Shown in pieces: positions 25,960 to 35,528 of a stretch of 64,000 nt of DNA. The DNA comes from Gemmiger formicilis (GTDB taxonomy: Bacteria; Bacillota_I; Bacilli_A; RFN20; CAG-826). Position numbers and translations under genes: made by a program. Where the stretch lies: assembly GCA_963626345.1 (NCBI GenBank), contig CAVFXI010000037.1:1616-65615 (forward strand), read 5' to 3'. The notes below the pieces were generated by a model, which had not been told where the DNA came from, ran no database searches, and was given only the letters and a program-made list of their open reading frames with translations. The first letter of the stretch is position 1. Each line of letters starts with the position of its first letter.

Positions 25960-28869
25960 ATGAAAATTGAAGGGGTTTCTGCACGTGAATTTTTAAAAAG
26001 TGCATATGTGAAAGCAACTGAAATTTATAAAGAATACTATGTTTCTGATGCTCAATATTTAGATTTTAATAATGAAGTTTTATTGTGTATTTCATATAAA
26101 AATAAAAGAGCACCTTTTATATATGAATTATTAAAAAATGAAGTTGTTCATAATTATATTAATACCATTGATGAAACATGTTTAATTTATATTGATGAAA
26201 AGGACTCATTTTTCATTGATGAATGTAAAATTCATCATCAAATCCCACATGAAATTCATTTGTGCATATTAAAATGCATACACGAACTTGATAGCTTTGG
26301 TGGCTTTTTAAACGAGAAAAATGAACACATTATTGATTTAAAGAGTAAAAGAGTTGGGCCACATTATGATGTTAATTTACTTTTAGGAGATAGAACAAAA
26401 TTTGAGGAGCCATTATTGTCTACTCCGAAATCAGTAGTTAATTCGCTTGGGTTTGGGAGCTTTAGAGCTGATTCTAATTATCAAGTTTTATCAACAAGAT
26501 GGGATATTAGGCCTGAAGAAAATGGAAACCCATTCAATAGACAGTTTTATATATTAGAAAATTCAAAAATAATATTTTATAGCGGTGAAATTTCAGAGGA
26601 TATTATAGAAGCGCATTGTAAGCATGGAGTTAACAAAACTATAATTTTTTATAGAACCAAAGACTTAGAAATAAAAAGAACTATATTTTTAATTCCTCAA
26701 GAAAAGAGTCTTCCAACAGCAGTTGAAACACAAATTATCGAAGTTAAAAATTTAACAAAATTAGATAGGGATTTAGAAATTGTTTGTACTGGAATGTTTG
26801 GCTTATCAAATCCAAGTTGTCAAGAGGTTGATATTATTTATCAAACAGTTATTACTCAATCAAGAATTTTAAAGATAAACAACAAAATTGCTGCCATTAT
26901 TCCTGATTATTATCCAATTTATTTTAAGGATCATATTAGATTTGCAACAATTAAAGATGATAGTGGATTCTTTGAGGAATTTACACAAGATTCTACTGGA
27001 TTTTTAGGGAATGGGAATATTAATCGACCAGAAGGAATCAACTCTTTTGACAATCAGTTAAGAATGACTGGAAGCAGTTTTTTTGCTTTGAAAAAGAAAT
27101 TCACCTTAAAATCAAAAGATTCACACAATATTATTGAATTTGTTGGGTGCACGATGGCTGAGAAGTCGGATGATATTTATGAAAAAATTGATAATGAATT
27201 CTTAAATTTAGTTTCTAAATATAATGATTATAAAAAAGTTTACAAAATATTAATAAACAAGGAAAAGAGTTTTGAAAATTACAAAAACTATTTGCAAATT
27301 AAAACAGATGATAAAATTTTTGATTCTTATGTAAACAACACATTACCATTTCAAGTTTTATACCAAACTTTTATTTCTAGAAGTTTTGCGCAAACTCAAA
27401 AAGGTTATAGAGAAATTGGATTTAGAGAGATACAAGACTTATATGGTTCATTACCATATTTAATAACTTCTGGACAAGCAAAATTAGCTGAAGCTTTATT
27501 ATCAAAATGGATTGAAAATGTATATGAATTCGGTTATGCAAATCATAATTTTTACTATAAAGGGAAAGAACCTGGGATGTGTAGTGATGATCAAATTTGG
27601 TTGTTAGAAGCTGTTTTTAAATATGTTTCGTTAACAAATAATAAAGATTTTTTAGATAAGAAATTTAAGATTGCAGGAAAAAATAAGAAAAGAAAATTAA
27701 TAGATACTTTAAAAGCAATTATTCTTTATAGCTCAGAAATAAGTGTAGGAAAACATGGTTTGCCTCTTTTGGATTGTGCAGACTGGAACGATTGTTTAAA
27801 AATCGATGACGATTATTTAGATGGCCCTACAAAAGAAAAAAATTATTTAAAACAATTAAAGAAAAATAATTCTAAATTTGGAGTTAAGTTTGAGTCGAAT
27901 TATAGTGAGTCAATAATGAATGCATTTCTTTTGATTAACGGCATGAAAGATCTTTTGTTGGTTATTGATGAAGATGACTTTAAAAAGACTTTGAATTATG
28001 AAATTAATAAACTTACTGATGCCGTCAATAAAAGTGCATATGTGAATGGTTATTATGTTAGAGTGTTAATTAATAAACCAAATATGAACAATATAAAATT
28101 TATTGGAAGCAAAGGTGACAATCTTTCGGAAGATTCATCGATTTTAAATGGTTCATATTATTTAAATAGTTTTTCGTGGAGTTTATTAAGTGATACAGCT
28201 GATGAAGTAAAAATTAGTGAAATGCTTGATGCGATTGAGTCAAAACTTAAAACGGAAGCAGGTTTCATGCTTTGTTCTAAACATAACTTAAAACTTGCAG
28301 GTTCTACATCTGCATCGACTGACCATTATTTCTTGGGAGATAGAGAAAATGGAGGTGTATTTAAGCATGCAACTATGATGTTTACGGCATCTTTATTAAA
28401 GAAAGCTAAAACTGTGGAATGTGATAAATTGAGAGAAAGAATGTTAGATGATGCATTTTATATGTTAGATAGAGTTTTGCCTTATAAAACACTAGAGAAT
28501 CCATATATGTTAAAAGGAAATCCAAGATTTTGTACACAATATAATAACTCAATAACAAATGAAAATATTGGACCTATTTTGAGTGGAACAGCAACGTGGT
28601 TAACTTTGACAATAATGGAAATGATTGGTGTGTCATATTCTAAGAAATACTTGTTGATTAGACCTGAACTGCCAAAAAACTTTACACATTTAAATGTGAA
28701 AATTAGATTGGATCAAAAAACGTACTTGGAAATCGATATGAACAAACCAAAAGATACATATTCAAATTATAAGAATGCTATATATATTTTAGATAATGAA
28801 GCATCGAATTTTGAGATTCCTAAGTTTGATGATGGGAAGGTTCATAAGTTAATCATAAATTTTAAGTAA
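25960..28869 (+). CDS. Divergent GH94-clan glycoside phosphorylase-like enzyme (~970 aa)
   Basis: It shares catalytic-domain blocks with the 807-aa GH94 in this window: LPLLDCADWNDCLKI vs LPLIGRADWNDCLNL, GYREIGFREIQDL vs GMGFRDSCQDL, ENGGVFKHA vs ENGSVFCHN, and ILSGTATW vs WLTGTASW. AGGAG RBS precedes the ATG at 25960. Confidence 0.65.
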   Translation: MKIEGVSAREFLKSAYVKATEIYKEYYVSDAQYLDFNNEVLLCISYKNKRAPFIYELLKNEVVHNYINTIDETCLIYIDEKDSFFIDECKIHHQIPHEIHLCILKCIHELDSFGGFLNEKNEHIIDLKSKRVGPHYDVNLLLGDRTKFEEPLLSTPKSVVNSLGFGSFRADSNYQVLSTRWDIRPEENGNPFNRQFYILENSKIIFYSGEISEDIIEAHCKHGVNKTIIFYRTKDLEIKRTIFLIPQEKSLPTAVETQIIEVKNLTKLDRDLEIVCTGMFGLSNPSCQEVDIIYQTVITQSRILKINNKIAAIIPDYYPIYFKDHIRFATIKDDSGFFEEFTQDSTGFLGNGNINRPEGINSFDNQLRMTGSSFFALKKKFTLKSKDSHNIIEFVGCTMAEKSDDIYEKIDNEFLNLVSKYNDYKKVYKILINKEKSFENYKNYLQIKTDDKIFDSYVNNTLPFQVLYQTFISRSFAQTQKGYREIGFREIQDLYGSLPYLITSGQAKLAEALLSKWIENVYEFGYANHNFYYKGKEPGMCSDDQIWLLEAVFKYVSLTNNKDFLDKKFKIAGKNKKRKLIDTLKAIILYSSEISVGKHGLPLLDCADWNDCLKIDDDYLDGPTKEKNYLKQLKKNNSKFGVKFESNYSESIMNAFLLINGMKDLLLVIDEDDFKKTLNYEINKLTDAVNKSAYVNGYYVRVLINKPNMNNIKFIGSKGDNLSEDSSILNGSYYLNSFSWSLLSDTADEVKISEMLDAIESKLKTEAGFMLCSKHNLKLAGSTSASTDHYFLGDRENGGVFKHATMMFTASLLKKAKTVECDKLRERMLDDAFYMLDRVLPYKTLENPYMLKGNPRFCTQYNNSITNENIGPILSGTATWLTLTIMEMIGVSYSKKYLLIRPELPKNFTHLNVKIRLDQKTYLEIDMNKPKDTYSNYKNAIYILDNEASNFEIPKFDDGKVHKLIINFK

Positions 28870-28890
28870 AAATCAAAATTTAATTAGAAA

Positions 28891-28916
28891 AATACCTCTA
28901 TATTGAGGTATTTTTT
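28891..28916 (+). terminator. Rho-independent terminator after the sugar-utilisation operon
   Basis: AATACCTC / GAGGTATT stem, a 6-nt loop, then TTTT. Confidence 0.7.
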
Positions 28917-29077
28917 GTAGTATTTTGATTAAAACAAATCTTAAATTATTTCGAATATAGCAGTATTATTTTTGATAGCAATTTGTTTTGTAAATTTTTT
29001 CTTCGTCATATCAGTAAAAAAATATTGATATAAACCAAAATCCATTATACAATTTAGAAGTAAAACTGGAGGTAATT

Positions 29078-29734
29078 ATGGAAAAGCTTAAAACAGTAAC
29101 CATGAAACAACTAAGCCGTTACCCTGTTTATCTTAGATTCCTTTTAAATCAAAGAGATGAAGGATTCAAGACAACGAGTGCACCAATAATTGCTAAAGGA
29201 TTGGGTTTTAATGAAGAAAAAGTTCGTAAAGATTTACAAGTTGTTGCAACTAGTTCAGGAAAACCTAAATCTGGAAGAAACATTGATGAAATAATTAACG
29301 ACATTGAAACGTTTCTTGGGTATAACGACACAAATGATGCAATTATTGTTGGAACAGGTCATTTAGGTCAAGCATTTCTCAATTATCATGGTTTTGATGA
29401 TTACGGATTAAACATTCTTGTTGGATTCGATATTGATCCTAAAGTTGTTGATACCGAAGTAAATGGGAAGAGAATCTATTCCATATATAAAATGGAAAAC
29501 TTGATTCCAAGATTAAATGTTCATATCGCAATTCTTACAGTTCCAAGTGAAGCTGCTCAAGAAATTGTTGATAAACTCGTTAATGTTGGAATTAAAGCAA
29601 TATGGAATTTTGTTCCTGTTCACTTAGATGTTCCAGATGATGTTGTAGTTGAAAATGTTAATCTTGCAAGTTCTTTAGCAATTTTGTCTCATAAGTTAAA
29701 AGATAGAGAACTCAAAAAGATTAACGAAAAGTAG
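29078..29734 (+). CDS. rex: Redox-sensing transcriptional repressor Rex
   Basis: An N-terminal wHTH (LSRYPVYLRFL...) and the Rossmann motif VGTGHLGQAFLNYHGF, which are typical Rex blocks. Confidence 0.9.
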   Translation: MEKLKTVTMKQLSRYPVYLRFLLNQRDEGFKTTSAPIIAKGLGFNEEKVRKDLQVVATSSGKPKSGRNIDEIINDIETFLGYNDTNDAIIVGTGHLGQAFLNYHGFDDYGLNILVGFDIDPKVVDTEVNGKRIYSIYKMENLIPRLNVHIAILTVPSEAAQEIVDKLVNVGIKAIWNFVPVHLDVPDDVVVENVNLASSLAILSHKLKDRELKKINEK

Positions 29735-29768
29735 TAACCAAAATTAGGGAGAATTAGGGAGAGAAAAA

Positions 29769-32390
29769 ATGGAAGAAAAAGAATTAAATCAAGAAGCTGT
29801 TAAAGAAGTTGATGAACTTGTCAAAAAAGGTCAAGTAGCCTTAGATGAATTTTTAAAGCTTAATCAAGAGCAAGTTGATTATATTGTTGCAAAATGTAGT
29901 GTTGCTGGTCTTGATCATCATGGTGATTTAGCAGCTGCCGCAATTAACGAAACAAAGCGTGGTATTTTTGAAGATAAGGCAACTAAAAATTTATTTGCTT
30001 GCGAATATATTGTAAACAATATGCGTCATCTTAAAACTGTTGGTGTTATTAGTAGTGATCCTGTTACTGGAATTACTGAAATTGCAGATCCACTTGGTGT
30101 TATTTGTGGTATTACTCCTGTTACCAACCCAACTAGTACAGTTATTTTTAAATCATTAATTTGTTTAAAAACAAGAAATCCAATTATTTTTGCATTCCAT
30201 CCAAATGCACAAAATTGTTCAAAGATGGCTGCACAAATCATGCGTGACGCTGCTGTTGCAGCTGGTGCACCAAAAGATTGTATTCAATGGATTGAACATC
30301 CATCGATGGACGCAACAAGTGCTTTAATGAATCATCCAGGAATCGCAACAATTTTAGCAACTGGTGGTAATTCAATGGTTAAAGCAGCTTATAGTTGTGG
30401 GAAACCTGCAATGGGTGTTGGTGCGGGAAACGTTCCTTGCTATATAAATAAATCAGCAAATGTTGAACAAGCTGTTAATGATGTTGTTATTTCAAAATCA
30501 TTTGATAATGGTATGATTTGCGCTTCTGAATCAGCATGTTTTGTTGATAAAGAAATTTATGATGAAGCTGTAAAATTATTTAAGAGATTTAAAGTTTATT
30601 TTGCTACTGAAGAAGAAAAACTCAAACTTGAAAAATTCATGTTTGGCGTAACTTCAAAAGAAGCAGATTATGAAAATAAAGCTAGACTTAATCCAATAGT
30701 TGCTGGTATGAGTCCACAAAATATTGCAAAAAATGCAGGTATTGAGGTTCCTGATGATTGCGTAATTATTGCGGTTAAATGCAAACATGTTGGGCCTAAA
30801 GAAATTATGTCTAGAGAAAAACTTTCACCAGTTCTTGCTTTCTACAAAGTTGAAGATGAAGTTGAAGGTTTCAAAAAGTGCAAGGAAATGCTCGAATTTA
30901 ATGGTTTAGGTCATACTGCAGCAATTCATTGTAAAGAACAACAAATGGCAGATGATTTTGGTGAAAATTGTGCTGCTTTACGTATTGTTTGGAATTCTCC
31001 ATCCACTTTTGGTGGTATTGGTAATGTTTATAACTCATTCTTACCATCACTTACTTTAGGTTGTGGTTCTTATGGACACAATTCAATTGGTGGTAACGTT
31101 AGTGCTGTTAATTTACTTAATGTTAAGAAAGTTGGAAAGAGGAGAAATACAATGCAATGGTTTAAGGTTCCACAAAAAATCTATTTTGAAAGAAATTCAA
31201 TTCAATATTTGCAAAGTTGCAAGAGTGTAGGAAAAGTCTTTATTGTTACAGATCGTTCAATGGTTGATTTAGGATTTGTTAACAAAATTACTGAACAACT
31301 TAATTTAAGAAGAGACCCAGTTCAAATTCAACTTTTCTGCGATGTTGAACCAGATCCAGATATTTCAACAGTTAAAAAAGGTGTTGAATTAATGAACAAC
31401 TTTAGACCTGATACAATTATTGCATTGGGTGGAGGTAGTCCAATGGATGCTGCAAAAGGTATGTGGTTATTCTATGAACATCCAGAAGTTAACTTTGATG
31501 ATTTAAAACAAAAATTTATGGATATTCGTAAGAGAGCATTCAAATATCCTGAACTTGGTCGTAAGTCAAAATTAATCTGTATCCCAACCACTTCAGGTAC
31601 TGGTAGTGAAGTTACTCCATTTGCTGTTATTAGTGATAAAGCACACTTTAAGAAATATCCATTGACTGATTATAGTCTTACTCCAACTATTGCAATTGTT
31701 GATCCAGAATTCACAACAAATATTCCTGCAAAATCAACAGCAATGACTGGTATGGATGTCTTAACTCATGCTATCGAAGCTTATACAAGTGTTCTTGCAA
31801 GCGACTTTACAGATGGTCTTGCATTACAAGCTATCAAACTTGTATTTGAATATTTACCAAGAGCTGTTAAAGATGGGTCACATGACTTAGTTGCAAGAGA
31901 AAAGATGCACAATGCCGCTACTATTGCAGGTATGGCATTTGCAAATGCTTTCCTTGGTATGACACACTCACTTGCACATAAAGTTGGTGCTGAATTCCAT
32001 ACAGTTCATGGTTATACATGTAGTGTATTACTTCCATATGTCATTAGATATAATGGTCAAGTTCCAACCAAACTTAGTGTTTGGCCAAAATATAATGAAT
32101 ATTGCTGCGATAAAAAGTATTTAGATATTTGTAATTTACTTGGTATCAAAGCAGATTCGCCTGCCGATGCAACTAATAAGCTTGCTGATGCAGTTACAAA
32201 CTTAGCCAAAGAAATTGGCTTAGGAACAAGCTTTAAAGAAATGGGAATTGATAAGAAAGAATTTGAAAGCAAGATTCAAGAAATTGCAGTTTTAGCTTAT
32301 GAAGATCAATGTTCCCCAGCAAACCCAAGAGTTCCAATTGTTAAAGATATGGAAATCATTTTAGAAAAGAGTTACGAAGGAGTAAAATAG
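29769..32390 (+). CDS. adhE: Bifunctional acetaldehyde-CoA / alcohol dehydrogenase
   Basis: 873 aa. The ALDH half has catalytic Cys in GMICASE. The Fe-ADH half has GGGSPMDAAK and the His-rich THSLAHKVG. It starts only 34 nt after rex. Confidence 0.95.
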   Translation: MEEKELNQEAVKEVDELVKKGQVALDEFLKLNQEQVDYIVAKCSVAGLDHHGDLAAAAINETKRGIFEDKATKNLFACEYIVNNMRHLKTVGVISSDPVTGITEIADPLGVICGITPVTNPTSTVIFKSLICLKTRNPIIFAFHPNAQNCSKMAAQIMRDAAVAAGAPKDCIQWIEHPSMDATSALMNHPGIATILATGGNSMVKAAYSCGKPAMGVGAGNVPCYINKSANVEQAVNDVVISKSFDNGMICASESACFVDKEIYDEAVKLFKRFKVYFATEEEKLKLEKFMFGVTSKEADYENKARLNPIVAGMSPQNIAKNAGIEVPDDCVIIAVKCKHVGPKEIMSREKLSPVLAFYKVEDEVEGFKKCKEMLEFNGLGHTAAIHCKEQQMADDFGENCAALRIVWNSPSTFGGIGNVYNSFLPSLTLGCGSYGHNSIGGNVSAVNLLNVKKVGKRRNTMQWFKVPQKIYFERNSIQYLQSCKSVGKVFIVTDRSMVDLGFVNKITEQLNLRRDPVQIQLFCDVEPDPDISTVKKGVELMNNFRPDTIIALGGGSPMDAAKGMWLFYEHPEVNFDDLKQKFMDIRKRAFKYPELGRKSKLICIPTTSGTGSEVTPFAVISDKAHFKKYPLTDYSLTPTIAIVDPEFTTNIPAKSTAMTGMDVLTHAIEAYTSVLASDFTDGLALQAIKLVFEYLPRAVKDGSHDLVAREKMHNAATIAGMAFANAFLGMTHSLAHKVGAEFHTVHGYTCSVLLPYVIRYNGQVPTKLSVWPKYNEYCCDKKYLDICNLLGIKADSPADATNKLADAVTNLAKEIGLGTSFKEMGIDKKEFESKIQEIAVLAYEDQCSPANPRVPIVKDMEIILEKSYEGVK

Positions 32391-32391
32391 T

Positions 32392-32643
32392 ATGGTAAAC
32401 GTTGCAGTTTGTGTAGGTAGTTCTTGCCACTTAAACGGCAGTTATGATGTTATTGAAGCTATGAAAAAAGCCTTAAAGGACAACAATATTGAAGATAAAG
32501 TTGTCCTTAAAGGGACTTTCTGCTTGAATAAATGCGGAAATCATGGTGTAAATATCAAAGTAGATGATGAAATTATTACTGGCGTTACTTTAGATAATTT
32601 TGAGGAAGTTTTTAAAAAATACATTTTAAGTAAGGTTCAGTAA
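32392..32643 (+). CDS. Thioredoxin-like [2Fe-2S] ferredoxin (HfsA-like)
   Basis: 83 aa with the Cys pattern C-x4-C ... C-x3-C (VCVGSSCHLNG ... FCLNKCGNHG). The ATG lies 1 nt after the adhE stop, and its RBS AAGGAG is inside the adhE 3' end. Confidence 0.7.
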   Translation: MVNVAVCVGSSCHLNGSYDVIEAMKKALKDNNIEDKVVLKGTFCLNKCGNHGVNIKVDDEIITGVTLDNFEEVFKKYILSKVQ

Positions 32644-32663
32644 GGAAAGTCTGAAGGAACCTT

Positions 32664-34352
32664 ATGAAATATTGCTTAATTAGTGAGAAAAACAATTGTA
32701 AGAGTTGTTACAAATGTATTCGTAATTGTCCTACTAAATCAATTTCGTTTAGTGATAATCAAGCCTCAATTATTCATGATGAATGTATTTTATGTGGGCA
32801 TTGTTATTTGGTTTGCCCTCAAAATATTAAAGTCATTCGTGATGATTTAGTTAGAGTTAAAGAACTAATTGGCAGTGGTAAAAAAGTAATAGCTTCTATT
32901 GCACCATCTTTCATTGTTGAATATGGTGTAAGTTTTGAAAAAATGAAAGAAGCATTATTGAAACTTGGTTTTTATGATGCTGAAGAAACTGCAATTGGTG
33001 CAACAATTGTCAAGAATGCATATGATGAAATGTTAAATAAAAATGATAGAGATATCATTATTTCATCATGCTGTCATAGCATTAATTTATTAATGCAAAA
33101 ACACTATCAAGATCTTCTTCCTTTTCTTGCAGATACAATGTCACCAATGGTGGCTCATGGTCAAGATATTAAAAGAAGATATCCTGAAGCAAATGTGGTT
33201 TTTATTGGACCATGTATTGCAAAGAAGGATGAATCAGATAAAAACAATAAATATGTTGATGCTGTCCTAACATTTATTGAATTTTCAAAATGGTTAGAAG
33301 AATCTAATATTAAATTAGAAAAAGAAGAAAAACCTTTAGTTATTGAAAAGAGTAAAGCAAGACTTTTCCCAACTAGTGGAGGAGTTTTGAATACAATGGA
33401 TAAAGCAAATAAAGAATATGATTATCTTGTTGTTGATGGAATGGATAATGTTTTAAATGCTTTAAAAGATATTAGAGAAGGCAAAGTTCATAAATGTTTT
33501 ATTGAAATGTCAGCATGTAGTGGAAGTTGTATTAATGGGCCTGCAATCAATGATTCGTCACGCGCGCTTGTGGCAAATTATTTAACTATACATAAATTTG
33601 CAGGTAATAAAGATTTTGATGTTAATAAAGAAATTAAATATGAAAATATTAAAAGACCATACAATCCGATTTTAACGACTAAAGCTATGCCTAGTGAAAC
33701 TGAAATTCAAGAGTGTTTAAAGAAAATGGGCAAATCTAGCAAAAATAAGGAATTAAATTGTGGGTGTTGTGGGTATAACACTTGTCGAGATAAGGCAATT
33801 GCAATTATTGAAGGAAAAGCTGTTAAAGAAATGTGTCTACCATATTTAATGGAAAAGGCTGAAAGTTTTAGTGATAACATCGTTAGCAATACTCCAAATG
33901 GTTTAATGGTTTTAAACGAATCTTTAAACATTGAATTAATTAATAAAGCCATGTTAAGAATAATTGGTTTAGAAGATTCTAGAGATGTTATAGGTAAAAA
34001 TATTACAACTATTATGGATCCTGAAGATTTCGTGAGTTGTTTAGATGGAATGGATACTATTAAAGGCAAGAAAGAATATTTAAGTGAATACAATAAATAT
34101 ATCGAAGAAACTCTTGTTCATGATGAAAAATTCCATTTAATTTATTGTGTTATTAGAGATGTAACTGAAGAAGAAATTGCAAAACAGCAAAAAGATGAAC
34201 TTGTTCAAAAGTCAGTTGATATTGCAAATAAAGTTATTGATAAGAATATGAGAAGCGTCCAAGAAATTGCTTCATTACTTGGCGAAACTGCAGCTGAAAC
34301 TAAAGTTGCATTAAGTGCATTAAAGGATACTTTAAAAGATGACAATCAATAA
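32664..34352 (+). CDS. Sensory-type [FeFe]-hydrogenase homolog with C-terminal FeS + PAS domains (HydS/HfsB-like, group C)
   Basis: An N-terminal 2x[4Fe-4S] ferredoxin (CKSCYKCIRNCP, CILCGHCYLVCP). H-cluster motifs are SSCCHS, GPCIAKKDE and EMSACSGSCINGP. Extra Cys cluster CGCCGYNTCRDKA. A PAS-like tail (NGLMVLNESLNIELINKAMLRIIGLED...). Confidence 0.8.
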   Translation: MKYCLISEKNNCKSCYKCIRNCPTKSISFSDNQASIIHDECILCGHCYLVCPQNIKVIRDDLVRVKELIGSGKKVIASIAPSFIVEYGVSFEKMKEALLKLGFYDAEETAIGATIVKNAYDEMLNKNDRDIIISSCCHSINLLMQKHYQDLLPFLADTMSPMVAHGQDIKRRYPEANVVFIGPCIAKKDESDKNNKYVDAVLTFIEFSKWLEESNIKLEKEEKPLVIEKSKARLFPTSGGVLNTMDKANKEYDYLVVDGMDNVLNALKDIREGKVHKCFIEMSACSGSCINGPAINDSSRALVANYLTIHKFAGNKDFDVNKEIKYENIKRPYNPILTTKAMPSETEIQECLKKMGKSSKNKELNCGCCGYNTCRDKAIAIIEGKAVKEMCLPYLMEKAESFSDNIVSNTPNGLMVLNESLNIELINKAMLRIIGLEDSRDVIGKNITTIMDPEDFVSCLDGMDTIKGKKEYLSEYNKYIEETLVHDEKFHLIYCVIRDVTEEEIAKQQKDELVQKSVDIANKVIDKNMRSVQEIASLLGETAAETKVALSALKDTLKDDNQ

Positions 34353-35517
34353 TTATGTGACCGAAGTTGGCGGGTTAAGTTATAACCATGTTGGTGAACA
34401 ACTTTGTGGTGATCATTATCAAGTTGTAAGACCTGATGAAAACACCACAGTTATTGTTTTGGCTGATGGATTAGGAAGTGGCGTTAAAGCCTCTATTTTA
34501 TCTACGCTCACGAGTGAAATTATATCGACAATGATGGCGAATAACCTCTCAATTGAGGAATGCGTTAAAACAATTGCAGAAACACTTCCTGTTTGTAAAG
34601 AAAGAGGAATTGCATATTCTACTTTTACCATTTTAAAGATATCTAATAACAAATTTGTTCAAATATATAATTTCGATAATCCGGAACCAATTTTATTAAG
34701 GGATGGAAAAGAAGAAAAAATTCCAACTTCTGTAATAGAAATTGAAGGCAAGAAAATTTATCGCGGAGAAATTGAAGCAAGATTATATGACACATTTATT
34801 TTATTAAGTGATGGTACAATTCATGCAGGACTTGGTGCATCAATGAACTTTGGTTGGGAAAGACCACAGATTGTCGATTATATGTGTGCTTTATACAATG
34901 AAAGCTATAGTAGCAAAACATTAGCAACCGAACTTGTAAGCCATTGTAATGATTTATATGGTGGTAAACCTGGCGATGATACGACCGCACTTGTCTTAAG
35001 AATTAGAAAAAGACAACAAGTAAATTTATTAATGGGTCCTGCAAGTAATATTGATGATGATAAAAATATGTTAAGTTTATTTTTTGCTAAAGAAGGTAAA
35101 CATATAGTTTGTGGAGGATCAACCAGTAATATGGTTGCAAAATATTTAAATAAGCCATTAGTTATGAATACTGACTATATTGATAAAGAAATTCCTCCAA
35201 CTAGCACCTTAGAAGGTGTAGACTTAGTAACTGAAGGAATAATTACGATTAATAAAGTATTGTCATACGCAAAAAATACTTTAGAGGACAATCAAGATTA
35301 TTTCGAGTGGTGCTTTAAACAGGATGGTGCAAGTGAAATTGCTAGGATGTTGTTTGAGGAAGCAACCGACATTAATTTCTTTGTTGGTTGTGCTGTAAAC
35401 CCAGCACATCAGCAGCCAGGAGTTAAAATAAATTTCACAATTAAGATGCAACTTATTGACCAACTCGCAAAAACCCTTAAAATAATGGGGAAACGCATTA
35501 AAGTTAGTTATTTCTAG
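34339..35517 (+). CDS. PP2C/SpoIIE-family serine phosphatase (HfsC-like)
   Basis: GDHYQVV...VLADGLGSGVKASILS and DDTTALVL are PP2C/SpoIIE metal-site motifs. It overlaps the HydS-like gene by 14 nt. Confidence 0.8.
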   Translation: MTINNYVTEVGGLSYNHVGEQLCGDHYQVVRPDENTTVIVLADGLGSGVKASILSTLTSEIISTMMANNLSIEECVKTIAETLPVCKERGIAYSTFTILKISNNKFVQIYNFDNPEPILLRDGKEEKIPTSVIEIEGKKIYRGEIEARLYDTFILLSDGTIHAGLGASMNFGWERPQIVDYMCALYNESYSSKTLATELVSHCNDLYGGKPGDDTTALVLRIRKRQQVNLLMGPASNIDDDKNMLSLFFAKEGKHIVCGGSTSNMVAKYLNKPLVMNTDYIDKEIPPTSTLEGVDLVTEGIITINKVLSYAKNTLEDNQDYFEWCFKQDGASEIARMLFEEATDINFFVGCAVNPAHQQPGVKINFTIKMQLIDQLAKTLKIMGKRIKVSYF

Positions 35518-35528
35518 GAGAATGAATT

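Noticed and set aside
28917-29077. Search for a Rex operator (TTGTGAA-N4-TTCACAA / TTGTTAA-N4-TTAACAA type) upstream of rex-adhE.
   Set aside because: Only non-palindromic fragments (e.g. TTGTTTTGTAAA) are present, and I could not support a site by eye. A PWM scan would be needed.
29737-29768. Tandem duplication AATTAGGGAGA-ATTAGGGAGA between rex and adhE.
   Set aside because: It is most simply a duplicated Shine-Dalgarno-like sequence in a short intercistronic spacer. There is no further structure or conservation I can assess.
33707-34093. 128-aa minus-strand ORF inside the HydS-like gene. Similar antisense ORFs occur at 37484-37819, 41640-41951, 43595-43900, 52172-52474, 53479-53739 and 54025-54393.
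   Set aside because: All lie antisense to genes with strong family signatures. AT-rich genomes generate long antisense ORFs by chance. None has a convincing RBS or motif.
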